Shown here piece after piece: positions 18,568 through 26,707 of a stretch of 64,000 nt of DNA. The notes below the pieces were generated by a model. It saw only the letters and a program-made list of their open reading frames with translations. It made no database searches and was not told where the DNA came from. Position 1 is the first letter of the stretch; every line of letters begins with the position of its first letter. The stretch spans positions 501,359 to 565,358 of the forward strand of contig JAWKRW010000002.1 of NCBI GenBank assembly GCA_041389445.1. Reading direction: 5' to 3'. The position numbers were made by a program, and so were the translations under genes. This stretch comes from Myxococcota bacterium. Its GTDB lineage: Bacteria; Myxococcota_A; UBA9160; UBA4427.

Positions 18568-18915
18568 CTAACCGATCACGGCATGCTCGTCCTCGCAGAC
18601 GATCCAGACGTTGCGGGACGCGTCCGAGAGCCGATCCTCGTCGGGTCGGATCTTCTCGAGGTACTCGGGCTCCGCGAAGAGCGCCTCCATGGCCGCACGA
18701 CTGCGGTACCACGCGATCGCGACGCCGTCGAAGCCCGTGTCGCCGTCGCGTTCGTAGTCGGCGGCCGAGCGCGGGTTCTGCTCGTACCGCACGATGTGGC
18801 GTGCGACCGACGGCGTCCCGCCGACCAGCCGGGCGTGGACTTCCCGCCAATGGCGATGGAACGCCTCGACGCTGAGGCTCGGATGACGCTTCACGAAGAT
18901 GATGACCTTGATCAT
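18568..18915 (-). CDS. EthD-domain protein
   Basis: MIKVIIFVKRHPSLSVEAFHRHWREVHARLV is a typical EthD N-terminus. The protein is about 115 aa, the size of a dimeric alpha/beta barrel. Confidence 0.8.
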   Translation of the reverse strand: MIKVIIFVKRHPSLSVEAFHRHWREVHARLVGGTPSVARHIVRYEQNPRSAADYERDGDTGFDGVAIAWYRSRAAMEALFAEPEYLEKIRPDEDRLSDASRNVWIVCEDEHAVIG

Positions 18916-19123
18916 GACGGGACCCCCCGGCCCCAGGGTGGTGGGCCCGACCGCGGACGGCAACCCGCCGGCAGGAAGCGAATCGGCCCCGACCGCAGGG
19001 CGCCGCCGGGCGCCCGGACTTCCGGCGGGTCCGCCGAGGACCCACAATTGTCTTGCCTTTCGCCGGGGCCCTGTTCATGATCGCCGCCTCGCCAGCCTTC
19101 CTTCCCGTCGAGCCGGAGTCGCC

Positions 19124-20977
19124 ATGTCCGCCGATCCTGGACCCGTTCCGTCCGCCCCCGCGGCGCGTCGCGCGCCCCGACCTGTCCGGATCTCCGGGCC
19201 GGCTCCTCGGCCGAGCTTCGTCTTCGCCCTCGCCCTCGCTGCGCTCGCGACGAGCTCCCTGTCCTACGCGGCCCAGGAGATCGCGTGCGCGACGCTCTCG
19301 CCCGTCGTCGGCCAGGCCTGTGCCGTCACGCCAGGGACCGACGGCCAGCTGCTGCTGCAGGGCGACGTTCTGGCCGACGGTTCGATCTACCGCGGCGGCG
19401 ACGTCCTGGTCGACGCGAGCGGCGAGATCGCCTGCGCCGGCTGCGGCTGCGTCGCGCCGGAGGCGACCCGCATCCGATGCCCGCAGACGGTCATCTCGCC
19501 GGGCCTGATCAACGGCTACGACCACATCACCTTCGACCACAACGCGCCCGCCGCCGACACCGGCGAGCGCTACGAGCAGCGACACGACTGGCGCCTCGGC
19601 GCCCGCGGTCATTCCTCGATCAGCGCCTCCAGCAACACCAACGCGAACCAGCTGCGCTGGAACGAGCTGAGGCAGCTGCTCTCGGGCACGACGTCGGCCT
19701 CGACGAGCGGCGGTGCCGCCGGCCTGATCCGGAACCTCGACAACGCGACGAACCAGGGCCTCGGCCTTCCCCAACACCGCCGCGACACCTTCCCCCTCGG
19801 CGACTCCTCGGGCCTCCAGCTCGCCTCGGGCTGTGCCTATCCGAACATCCGCTCGAGCGACTCGGTCGCGAGCGATCCGGCCTATCTGCCCGTCGTCGGC
19901 GAAGGCATCGACGCCGTCGCCCGCAACGAGTTCCTCTGCACGAGCAGCTTCGCCGACGGCGGCGAGGACCTCCTCCAATCGATGACCGCGATCGGCAAGG
20001 GTCTCGTCTTCGCCGCCGCCGAGCTCCACGCGATGCACTGGAACGGCGCCGGCCTCGTCTGGTCCCCGCGCTCGAACCTCCGCCTCTACGGCGACACCGC
20101 CCGCGTCACGGCGGCGGCGACCGAAGGCGTCGAGATCGCGCTCGGGACGGACTGGTCCGTCAGCGGATCGATGAACATGCTGCGCGAGCTCACGTGCGCC
20201 GATGCCTTCAATCGCGACCACCTCGACGCGTACTTCACCCAGGAGCAGATCTGGGCGATGGCGACGCGCAACGCCGCCTCGCTGACCGCCACCGACTCGA
20301 AGATCGGGACGATCGCCGCCGGGCGCGTCGCCGACCTCGCGGTCTTCGACGCCTCGGTCCGGAGCGACTACGACGCCATCCTGAACGCGCAGCCGCAGGA
20401 CGTGATCCTCGTCGTGCGCGGCGGGCGGATCCTCTTCGGCGAGGCCGACACGCTCGCGGACGTCCCGGACGTCGGCAGCTGCGACGCCCTCGACGTCTGC
20501 GGCAGCGATCGCTCGGTCTGCCTGCTCGACGACATCGGGATGACGCTGGCGCAGCTCGAGCTGGCCGTCAGCGCGAACTTCCCGTACCCGCTCTTCTTCT
20601 GCGGCACGCCGGTCGACGAGCCGACCTGCGTGCCGACGCGTTCGGCCTCGGTCGCTGGCTCGACGATCTACGACGGCGTCCCGACCGCGACCGACGCCGA
20701 CGGCGACGGAATTCCGGACGCGAGCGACAGCTGTCCGACGGTCTTCAATCCGATCCGCCCGATCGACGCCGGGGTCCAGGCGGACTTCGACGGCGACCTG
20801 CTCGGCGACGAATGCGATGCGACGCCGGTCCCGGAGCCCTCCGTCGCCTGCGCGCTCGCCGGCGGAATCGGTCTCGGGGCCGCCTGCGCCGGTCGGCGCC
20901 GCTCCGCCGGTCGACTCAACCGTCTTCGCCGCGCACGTCGATCGCGCGAAGGCGGCGCCGGTCGATGCGGAGGCTGA
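19124..20977 (+). CDS. Secreted amidohydrolase-superfamily protein with thrombospondin-type-3-like Ca-binding repeat and PEP-CTERM tail
   Basis: A signal peptide is present (FVFALALAALATSSLSYAAQE). The strings PGLINGYDHITFDH and LGTDWSVSGS suggest an amidohydrolase-like fold. DADGDGIPDASDSCPTVFNP...DFDGDLLGDECD is TSP3-like. The C-terminus is PVPEP followed by a G/A-rich TM segment and RRR. Confidence 0.8.
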   Translation: MSADPGPVPSAPAARRAPRPVRISGPAPRPSFVFALALAALATSSLSYAAQEIACATLSPVVGQACAVTPGTDGQLLLQGDVLADGSIYRGGDVLVDASGEIACAGCGCVAPEATRIRCPQTVISPGLINGYDHITFDHNAPAADTGERYEQRHDWRLGARGHSSISASSNTNANQLRWNELRQLLSGTTSASTSGGAAGLIRNLDNATNQGLGLPQHRRDTFPLGDSSGLQLASGCAYPNIRSSDSVASDPAYLPVVGEGIDAVARNEFLCTSSFADGGEDLLQSMTAIGKGLVFAAAELHAMHWNGAGLVWSPRSNLRLYGDTARVTAAATEGVEIALGTDWSVSGSMNMLRELTCADAFNRDHLDAYFTQEQIWAMATRNAASLTATDSKIGTIAAGRVADLAVFDASVRSDYDAILNAQPQDVILVVRGGRILFGEADTLADVPDVGSCDALDVCGSDRSVCLLDDIGMTLAQLELAVSANFPYPLFFCGTPVDEPTCVPTRSASVAGSTIYDGVPTATDADGDGIPDASDSCPTVFNPIRPIDAGVQADFDGDLLGDECDATPVPEPSVACALAGGIGLGAACAGRRRSAGRLNRLRRARRSREGGAGRCGG

Positions 20978-21917
20978 AGAGGTCGGGGCGGTGGTAGTGG
21001 CCGCCCGGGTCGCGGAGCGCCCGCGCGGCGAGGGCGAGATCGCGGTCGAGCTCCGCGAACAAGATCTCTTCGGCATGCGGCTTCGCCTCGGCGATCACCC
21101 CGCCGTCCGGATCGACGACGAGCGTGCCGCCGTCGCCGAGCCCCGGGGCCGCGATCGCAGCGCGTAGCGCCCTCGCTTCCGGAAAGTCGTCGGGGACGAG
21201 CGCCGGCGCGAAGAGTCCGCAGACGGCGATGGCGAAGACGCCCCCTTCCATCGCGACGAGCCGCGTCGCGTCGCGCGCCATCGCTCGGCCGCCGGGCCAG
21301 GTCGCGACGTGGAGCTGCTCGCCCTCGGCGTAGAGCGCGAACTTCGGCAGCGGCAGCCAGTTCTCCCAGCAGTTGAGCCCCCCGATGCGCCAATCGGAAA
21401 AGGCGTGGACGTGCAGCCCATGGGCGTCGCCGTCGGCCCAGACGGCCCGCTCGGTGAAGGTCGGCTTGAGCTTGCGATGCACGCCGACGATGCCCCGCCC
21501 CGGATCGATCATCACGAGCGAGCAGTAGACGGAGCCGCCAGTCGGGGCGAGCTCGGCGACGCCGAGCACGACGAAGCAGCCCGTCCGACGCGCCGTCTCG
21601 ACGACCGGATCGAGGTCGCCGCGCGCGAGATCGACGCCGTTGCGGAGGTAGATCGCCTGCCGCTGCGTCACGACCTCGAGGCGCGCGAGATCGAGGCGGT
21701 CGACGCTCGCCCACCACGGGTAGCCGGGGACGAAGGTCTCCGAGAACGCGACGAGCGATGCCCCGCCCCGCGCCGCCTCCTCCACGAGGCGGCAGACCTT
21801 GGCGATCGTCGCATCACGCTCCATCCAGACGGGCGCCGCCTGGACGGCGGCGATGCGCAGGCGTTGCACGTCGAGCCCTCCCCCGCGTTCGTCGTGGCGG
21901 TCGACGTCGGCGATCAC
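20916..21917 (-). CDS. Nitrilase / carbon-nitrogen hydrolase family
   Basis: LRIAAVQAAPVW, FSETFVPGYP (catalytic Glu region), HRKLKPT (Lys) and GGLNCWEN (Cys nucleophile) are present. The GTG at 21917 is taken as the start; the exact start is uncertain. Confidence 0.85.
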   Translation of the reverse strand: MIADVDRHDERGGGLDVQRLRIAAVQAAPVWMERDATIAKVCRLVEEAARGGASLVAFSETFVPGYPWWASVDRLDLARLEVVTQRQAIYLRNGVDLARGDLDPVVETARRTGCFVVLGVAELAPTGGSVYCSLVMIDPGRGIVGVHRKLKPTFTERAVWADGDAHGLHVHAFSDWRIGGLNCWENWLPLPKFALYAEGEQLHVATWPGGRAMARDATRLVAMEGGVFAIAVCGLFAPALVPDDFPEARALRAAIAAPGLGDGGTLVVDPDGGVIAEAKPHAEEILFAELDRDLALAARALRDPGGHYHRPDLFSLRIDRRRLRAIDVRGEDG

Positions 21918-22023
21918 AGCGCATGCGCGCGCCCGCCGCCATCCCGATCGAGCGCGAGATCCGGCGCCATTGCGCCGGGCCGGCCCTTGTCGCATCCCCG
22001 GCTTCTGCGACCTTCGCGGCCGC

Positions 22024-22782
22024 ATGGCGGACGAGACGGATGCCTACACGGCGGCCTTGATCGAGCTCCACGCCCCGCTCGAACGCCAGGGCCCCGGAGA
22101 CGTCGCGCACGCGCGCCGCATCCTCGAGGCGCTCGCGCCCAGGCTCCCCGCGGTGCCCCGCGTCGCGGATCTCGGTTGCGGCGCGGGCGCGGGCGCGCTC
22201 CTGCTCGCGGGCTTCTTCGGGTGCACCATCCGCGCGGTCGACGCCTCCGCCGCGTTCGTCGAGCGACTGAAGGCACGGGCCCGTGCGGCCGGACTGGACC
22301 GTCTCGTCGACGCGACGGTGGAAGACATGGGGCGTCTCGCCTGGCCGGCTGCGTCGCTCGATCTGCTCTGGTCCGAAGCGGCCGCCTACTGCCTGGGCTT
22401 CGAGCAGGCGCTCGCGCTCTGGCATCCACTGCTCGTCCCCGGCGGCTTCGCCGTCGTCTCGGAGCTCAGCTGGTTCAGCGAGTCGCCTCCCGCGCCGGCG
22501 CGCGACGTCTGGAAGGCGGCCTATCCCGCGATGGGCAGCGAGCCCGAGAACCGCGAGCGCGCGGTCCGCGCGGGCTACTCGGTCTTCCGGACCGAGCGCC
22601 TGTCGAGCGAAGCCTGGTGGACGAGCTACTACGGACCGCTCCGGGCACGGCTCGACGCCCTGCGAGACCGGAACGATCCGGCGATGCGCCACGTCGTCCG
22701 CGAGACGGAGCAGGAGATCGCGCTCTTCGAGCGCTTCCACGCGCACTACGGCTACACGTTCTACGTGCTCGAGCGCGTCTGA
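22024..22782 (+). CDS. Class I SAM-dependent methyltransferase
   Basis: VADLGCGAGAGALLLA is motif I, and LDLLWSEAAAY follows. ATG at 22024. Confidence 0.85.
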   Translation: MADETDAYTAALIELHAPLERQGPGDVAHARRILEALAPRLPAVPRVADLGCGAGAGALLLAGFFGCTIRAVDASAAFVERLKARARAAGLDRLVDATVEDMGRLAWPAASLDLLWSEAAAYCLGFEQALALWHPLLVPGGFAVVSELSWFSESPPAPARDVWKAAYPAMGSEPENRERAVRAGYSVFRTERLSSEAWWTSYYGPLRARLDALRDRNDPAMRHVVRETEQEIALFERFHAHYGYTFYVLERV

Positions 22783-23201
22783 CCCATCGCCGAGACGTCC
22801 TGCCGATCGAGCTCGGGGATCGTCGCGAGTCGCGGGACCCAGGGCAGCCGCGAGCGGCACCACGCCTGGACGACCGGCTCGAGCGCCGCCTTCTGGCGCA
22901 CCGTCCCGCCCGAGATCGAGACGGGATGGGCTCCACCCGCGCTGACCGCACCGTAGAGCTGCGTCCCGCAGGTTCCGCAGAAGTGCATCGTCCGCCGCGC
23001 TCCGCTCTCGGCCGTCTTCTCGTAGGTCCGCGTCGTGCCACGCGTGATCCGGAAGCGATCGGCGGGGGCGAGGATCCGGGTCCGGAAGGGCGCGCCCGAG
23101 AAGACCTGACAGTCCTCGCAGTGGCAGAGGAAGACCTGGTCCGGCTCGACCTCGGCTTCGTACGCGATGGCCCCGCAATGACACCGACCGTCGATCCGCA
23201 C
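22761..23201 (-). CDS. GFA (glutathione-dependent formaldehyde-activating / CENP-V) family zinc protein
   Basis: The Cys pattern GRCHCGAIAY...LCHCEDCQ...HFCGTCG is diagnostic. GTG start with a GAGGAGGG Shine-Dalgarno. Confidence 0.85.
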   Translation of the reverse strand: MRIDGRCHCGAIAYEAEVEPDQVFLCHCEDCQVFSGAPFRTRILAPADRFRITRGTTRTYEKTAESGARRTMHFCGTCGTQLYGAVSAGGAHPVSISGGTVRQKAALEPVVQAWCRSRLPWVPRLATIPELDRQDVSAMGQTRSST

Positions 23202-23228
23202 GGCCGCCCTCCTCGTCCTCGACGGTCC

Positions 23229-23519
23229 TCAATCGTGGGCGAGCGACTTCTCCGTGAAGAGATAGTCCTTGAGCTCCTTGGAGAAGGCGGGATCCCGCCT
23301 TCGGATCCATTCGAGCACCATCGCCGCGTGCTCCTTCTCCTCGTCGCGATTGTGCTCGAGGATCGCCTTCAGCTCCGGGTCGCCACAGGCGTCGGCGCGC
23401 TGCTGGTACCAGTCGACCGCCTCGAGCTCCTCGATCAGCGAGACGATCGCGCGATGCATGTCGAGCGTCTTCGGACTCAGCTTCTCGGCGGGCTCGTGCA
23501 GTCCTTCGTGAGCGGCCAT
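23229..23519 (-). CDS. Encapsulated-ferritin-like (EncFtn/Flp) protein, 96 aa, without a recognisable targeting peptide
   Basis: An AGGAGGTG Shine-Dalgarno is present. MHRAIVSLIEELEAVDWYQQRADACGDPELKAILEHNRDEEKEHAAMVLEWIRRRDP carries the E...ExxH di-iron ligand pattern of EncFtn. It is about 60 percent identical by eye to 46667..47155. It ends ...DYLFTEKSLAHD. Confidence 0.85.
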   Translation of the reverse strand: MAAHEGLHEPAEKLSPKTLDMHRAIVSLIEELEAVDWYQQRADACGDPELKAILEHNRDEEKEHAAMVLEWIRRRDPAFSKELKDYLFTEKSLAHD

Positions 23520-23606
23520 GCGGGTCACACCTCCTGAATGATCGAGCCGGCGGGGCCGATCCGAGCATGCCATAGTCGACGGCAGGCGACACGTCGGAGG
23601 ATCGCG

Positions 23607-24530
23607 ATGCAGGGGATTTCCATCCGCGAGCTGGACGCCCCCCTCGGCGCCGAGATCGACGGGCTCGATCCGACGACGCTGCGTGCGCTCGACGCGGAGG
23701 GGCTCGAGTCGATTCGCAGCGCGCTGCACCGTCATCGACTGCTCCTGATCCGGGGGACGCCCCGCGCCGACGCGGACCTCGTCCGCTTCGCCGAGCGCTT
23801 CGGTCGACTCGTGACGCTCTACGATCACGAGACGACCGTTCCCGGCTTTCCCGCGATCGTCCGCGTCAGCAACATCGAGACGGATGGGCGACCGATCGGG
23901 CTCGCCGGGTCGCAGCCGCTCCCCTGGCACCACGACCATTCCTACCTGCCCTGCCCCGCCCGCGAGAGCTTCCTCGAGGCGAGCCTGCTCCCGAACGATC
24001 CGCCGAGGACGGTGTTCGCCGACATGGCGATGGGGCTCGCGGCGCTGCCCGCGAAGCTGCGCGAGCGGATTCGAGGCCTGCGCGCCGTACACCACATCGA
24101 CGAGCGACCCGACGCCGTCGGCGACGCCCGCCGGCCGACCGGCACGACGCCCGACTACGCGGACGCGACGAACGTCCTCGCCCAGGACCGCATCGCGTCC
24201 CAGCGCGCGATCCATCCCGTCGTCGTGCGCCATCCGGAGAGCGGCGTCGAGGCGCTCTACGTCAGTCCGCTCGCGACCCACTCGATCGTCGGAATGCCCG
24301 CACCCGAGGCGCACGCGCTCCTCGACGAGCTCTTCGAGCGCGCCATCCGACCCGATCACATGTACGCCCACGCCTGGTCGCCCGGCGATCTCGTCGTCTG
24401 GGATACGGTCGCCACGCTCCACCGACGGGACGGCTTCGACCCGGCAGCGCGACGTCTCATGAAACAGATGTCGACCGCCTGCGCCGAGCCGCTCGCGTCG
24501 ACCGAGCCGACCCGCGCGCAACGAAGGTGA
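23607..24530 (+). CDS. TauD/TfdA-family Fe(II)/2-oxoglutarate dioxygenase (second paralog)
   Basis: A GGAGGA Shine-Dalgarno precedes the ATG at 23607. Diagnostic strings are PWHHDHSY (HxD), HPVVVRHPESG and WDTVATLHRR. Confidence 0.9.
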   Translation: MQGISIRELDAPLGAEIDGLDPTTLRALDAEGLESIRSALHRHRLLLIRGTPRADADLVRFAERFGRLVTLYDHETTVPGFPAIVRVSNIETDGRPIGLAGSQPLPWHHDHSYLPCPARESFLEASLLPNDPPRTVFADMAMGLAALPAKLRERIRGLRAVHHIDERPDAVGDARRPTGTTPDYADATNVLAQDRIASQRAIHPVVVRHPESGVEALYVSPLATHSIVGMPAPEAHALLDELFERAIRPDHMYAHAWSPGDLVVWDTVATLHRRDGFDPAARRLMKQMSTACAEPLASTEPTRAQRR

Positions 24531-26328
24531 CCACGACGGCGAGGCCGGAGACGAGGGCGAGGATGCCTGCGCGGGAGAGCGCCGGGACCGCCGGACTGAT
24601 CGGGGCGGTCACGCAGTTCGAGAAGGGCGACCCGCTCAGGGGCACCTCGAGCGTCCCCCCGACGAAGTCGAGGGCGACCACCCAGTCCGCCGTCGCCGTC
24701 AGCTGCGGTCGAGCGGGGACATGCGCGAGCACGTGCTGGAACGAGGCAGGACAGCCCTCGAGCTCGATCGCCTCCAGGAAATCCCGCCCCTCCCCCGCTC
24801 CGCTCGAATCACATGCGTCGTTCGCGAACAGCTCGACCCGCGTCCGCAGACACGAGAAGGGCGGAGCGACCGGAAGCGGCAGATCCAACGTACCCAGCAG
24901 CACGACGCCCGCGGTCGACGGAGCCGATTCGAGCACGAGCCACGGAAGCGGATCCGCCCCCCCGACCTCGGCGAGGATTCCGAGGCCCTGGTTGTCCCAG
25001 ATCCGATTCTGCTCGAGCGTCTCCCGCTGGCTCGCGACGCGCACGCCCGCGCCTTCGTTCGCCCAGACGAGGTTCCGGGCGACCTGATCGAATTGACCGA
25101 GCGCGAGATCGATGCCGACCGCGCTCTGCGCGATCGCGTTCGACTCGATCCGATTGTTGCGGCTCGCCGACTCCATCGACGCGTCGCCCACCCGGATCCC
25201 TGCCCCTTCGTTGCGCAAGCTCGAGGCCAGGAAGGGCAGCGGGTCGTCGCCGCCGCGGCTCAGGAACGCGAGCGCGCTCGTCCCGACCCCGATCAGGTTG
25301 CCGGTGACGAGCGTATGGGCGGACGCCTGCTGCGTGTCGGGATCCGAAGGCGTGCCCAGGAGCGCGATGCCGTCGCCCAGGGTTCCGCCGATGACGTTCG
25401 CCACGATCCGATTGCCGAGCTCGTGATGCGCCGTGCTCGGGTCGGGATCCGGAACGAACGGATCCGCGCTCCGCCCCACGACCACGATGCCGTTGCCCGT
25501 GATGGGATCGGTGCCCGAGATCCCGCGACGCCCCGTCCCGTCCGTCCCCACGAAGTTGTTGACGATCGCGTTCTGCCAGGTCCGGAACGTCGGGCTCGAC
25601 GGGTCGGCGGACCCGCCGAGCGCGATGGCGTAGAGCTGCGCGCCCGCGACGACGTTCCGGTCGACGGGCGAGGGGCTTCCGATCTCGTTGGCCGCCGCAT
25701 CGAGGACCAGGATGCCGTAGCCGAGCGAACCGACGCCGTCGGACGATCCGTCGGCTCCGACGCCGACGTAGTTGCCGACGAATCGGACGCCATCGCAGCG
25801 TTGATTCAGGAATGCGTAGTTGGCGAAGTCGTTGAAGATCAGCCCCCGGATGACGTGCGCCGACGTCTCCCCATCCGAACACAGGGTGGCGAGCCCGTAC
25901 GGCGTCGAGCCGTTTCCCCGGAGCTCGACCATCGGTTGCGCATTGCCGGGCGTCAGCAGGGGCGCCGAGTTGGGGACCGAGCCGGGCTGCGTCCAGCCAT
26001 CGATGATCATCCGCGACCGGATCACGGGAAGCGCCGACTCGCCGAGCTGGATGAGGCGCGGTCCGCTGCCGGGCATGTCGAAGCGGATCGTTCCCGGTGC
26101 ACACGCCCGGGCGTTGAGCTCCTCGATGGCGGCGCGCAGGGTGCAGACGGAGGTCGAGGTTTGGCACACGCCGTTGCCGGGAACGGCGTCCGCGAGATCG
26201 GCGGCCGAGTCGACGGTGACCGTCAGCGGCACGCACTGGGCGCGCGCCTCGTCGGCCTGGAGCGCAGCGAAGACCAGGGCTGCCAGGAGGATCGGATTCG
26301 AGCTCCGTCGGGTGGAAGAATCGATCAT
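24457..26328 (-). CDS. Secreted right-handed parallel beta-helix repeat protein (CSLREA-like N-terminal motif) with PEP-CTERM-variant anchor
   Basis: A signal peptide is present (ILLAALVFAALQADEARAQ). GNGVCQTSTSVCTLRAAIEELN resembles the CSLREA motif. Many short G-N-x-I/V-G repeats (NRIESNAI, NLVWANEGAG, NRIWDNQGLG) are typical of beta-helix/NosD-like folds. The tail is VPALSRAGILALVSGLAVVVTFVARGS...RRRR. Confidence 0.8.
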   Translation of the reverse strand: MIDSSTRRSSNPILLAALVFAALQADEARAQCVPLTVTVDSAADLADAVPGNGVCQTSTSVCTLRAAIEELNARACAPGTIRFDMPGSGPRLIQLGESALPVIRSRMIIDGWTQPGSVPNSAPLLTPGNAQPMVELRGNGSTPYGLATLCSDGETSAHVIRGLIFNDFANYAFLNQRCDGVRFVGNYVGVGADGSSDGVGSLGYGILVLDAAANEIGSPSPVDRNVVAGAQLYAIALGGSADPSSPTFRTWQNAIVNNFVGTDGTGRRGISGTDPITGNGIVVVGRSADPFVPDPDPSTAHHELGNRIVANVIGGTLGDGIALLGTPSDPDTQQASAHTLVTGNLIGVGTSALAFLSRGGDDPLPFLASSLRNEGAGIRVGDASMESASRNNRIESNAIAQSAVGIDLALGQFDQVARNLVWANEGAGVRVASQRETLEQNRIWDNQGLGILAEVGGADPLPWLVLESAPSTAGVVLLGTLDLPLPVAPPFSCLRTRVELFANDACDSSGAGEGRDFLEAIELEGCPASFQHVLAHVPARPQLTATADWVVALDFVGGTLEVPLSGSPFSNCVTAPISPAVPALSRAGILALVSGLAVVVTFVARGSARSTRAARRRRSTSVS

Positions 26329-26707
26329 GGGCGCTCCGATTCCGATGCTCGGCCGATCCGCCGATCGACACCGTTTCGAGTATGCACCAGGGGAATCCCA
26401 TTGCGTTCGCCTCATCGCGAGGATTCCGACGAAGGCCTCGGGGTCGCGAGACGGCCGGCGCCCTCCGAATCGCGGCCCAGTCCGTCGGAATCCGCCGGGG
26501 ACGCCCTTGCGTCCGGCTGGCCGCGCGGCTCCGACGTCGCGTGGAAGGCCGGGATCTTCTGGGGCGTTTGTGTGAACCCCTTCATGGAGGCGGGGCCGCC
26601 CGCGCCCGAGACTCCTCCCATGGCCGACGACCCGCTGCGCCCACCGCGATCGGAATGGGCGAGCGAATCACGATCGCATCGGCCCGATGGATGGGAGGAT
26701 CGAGCGC

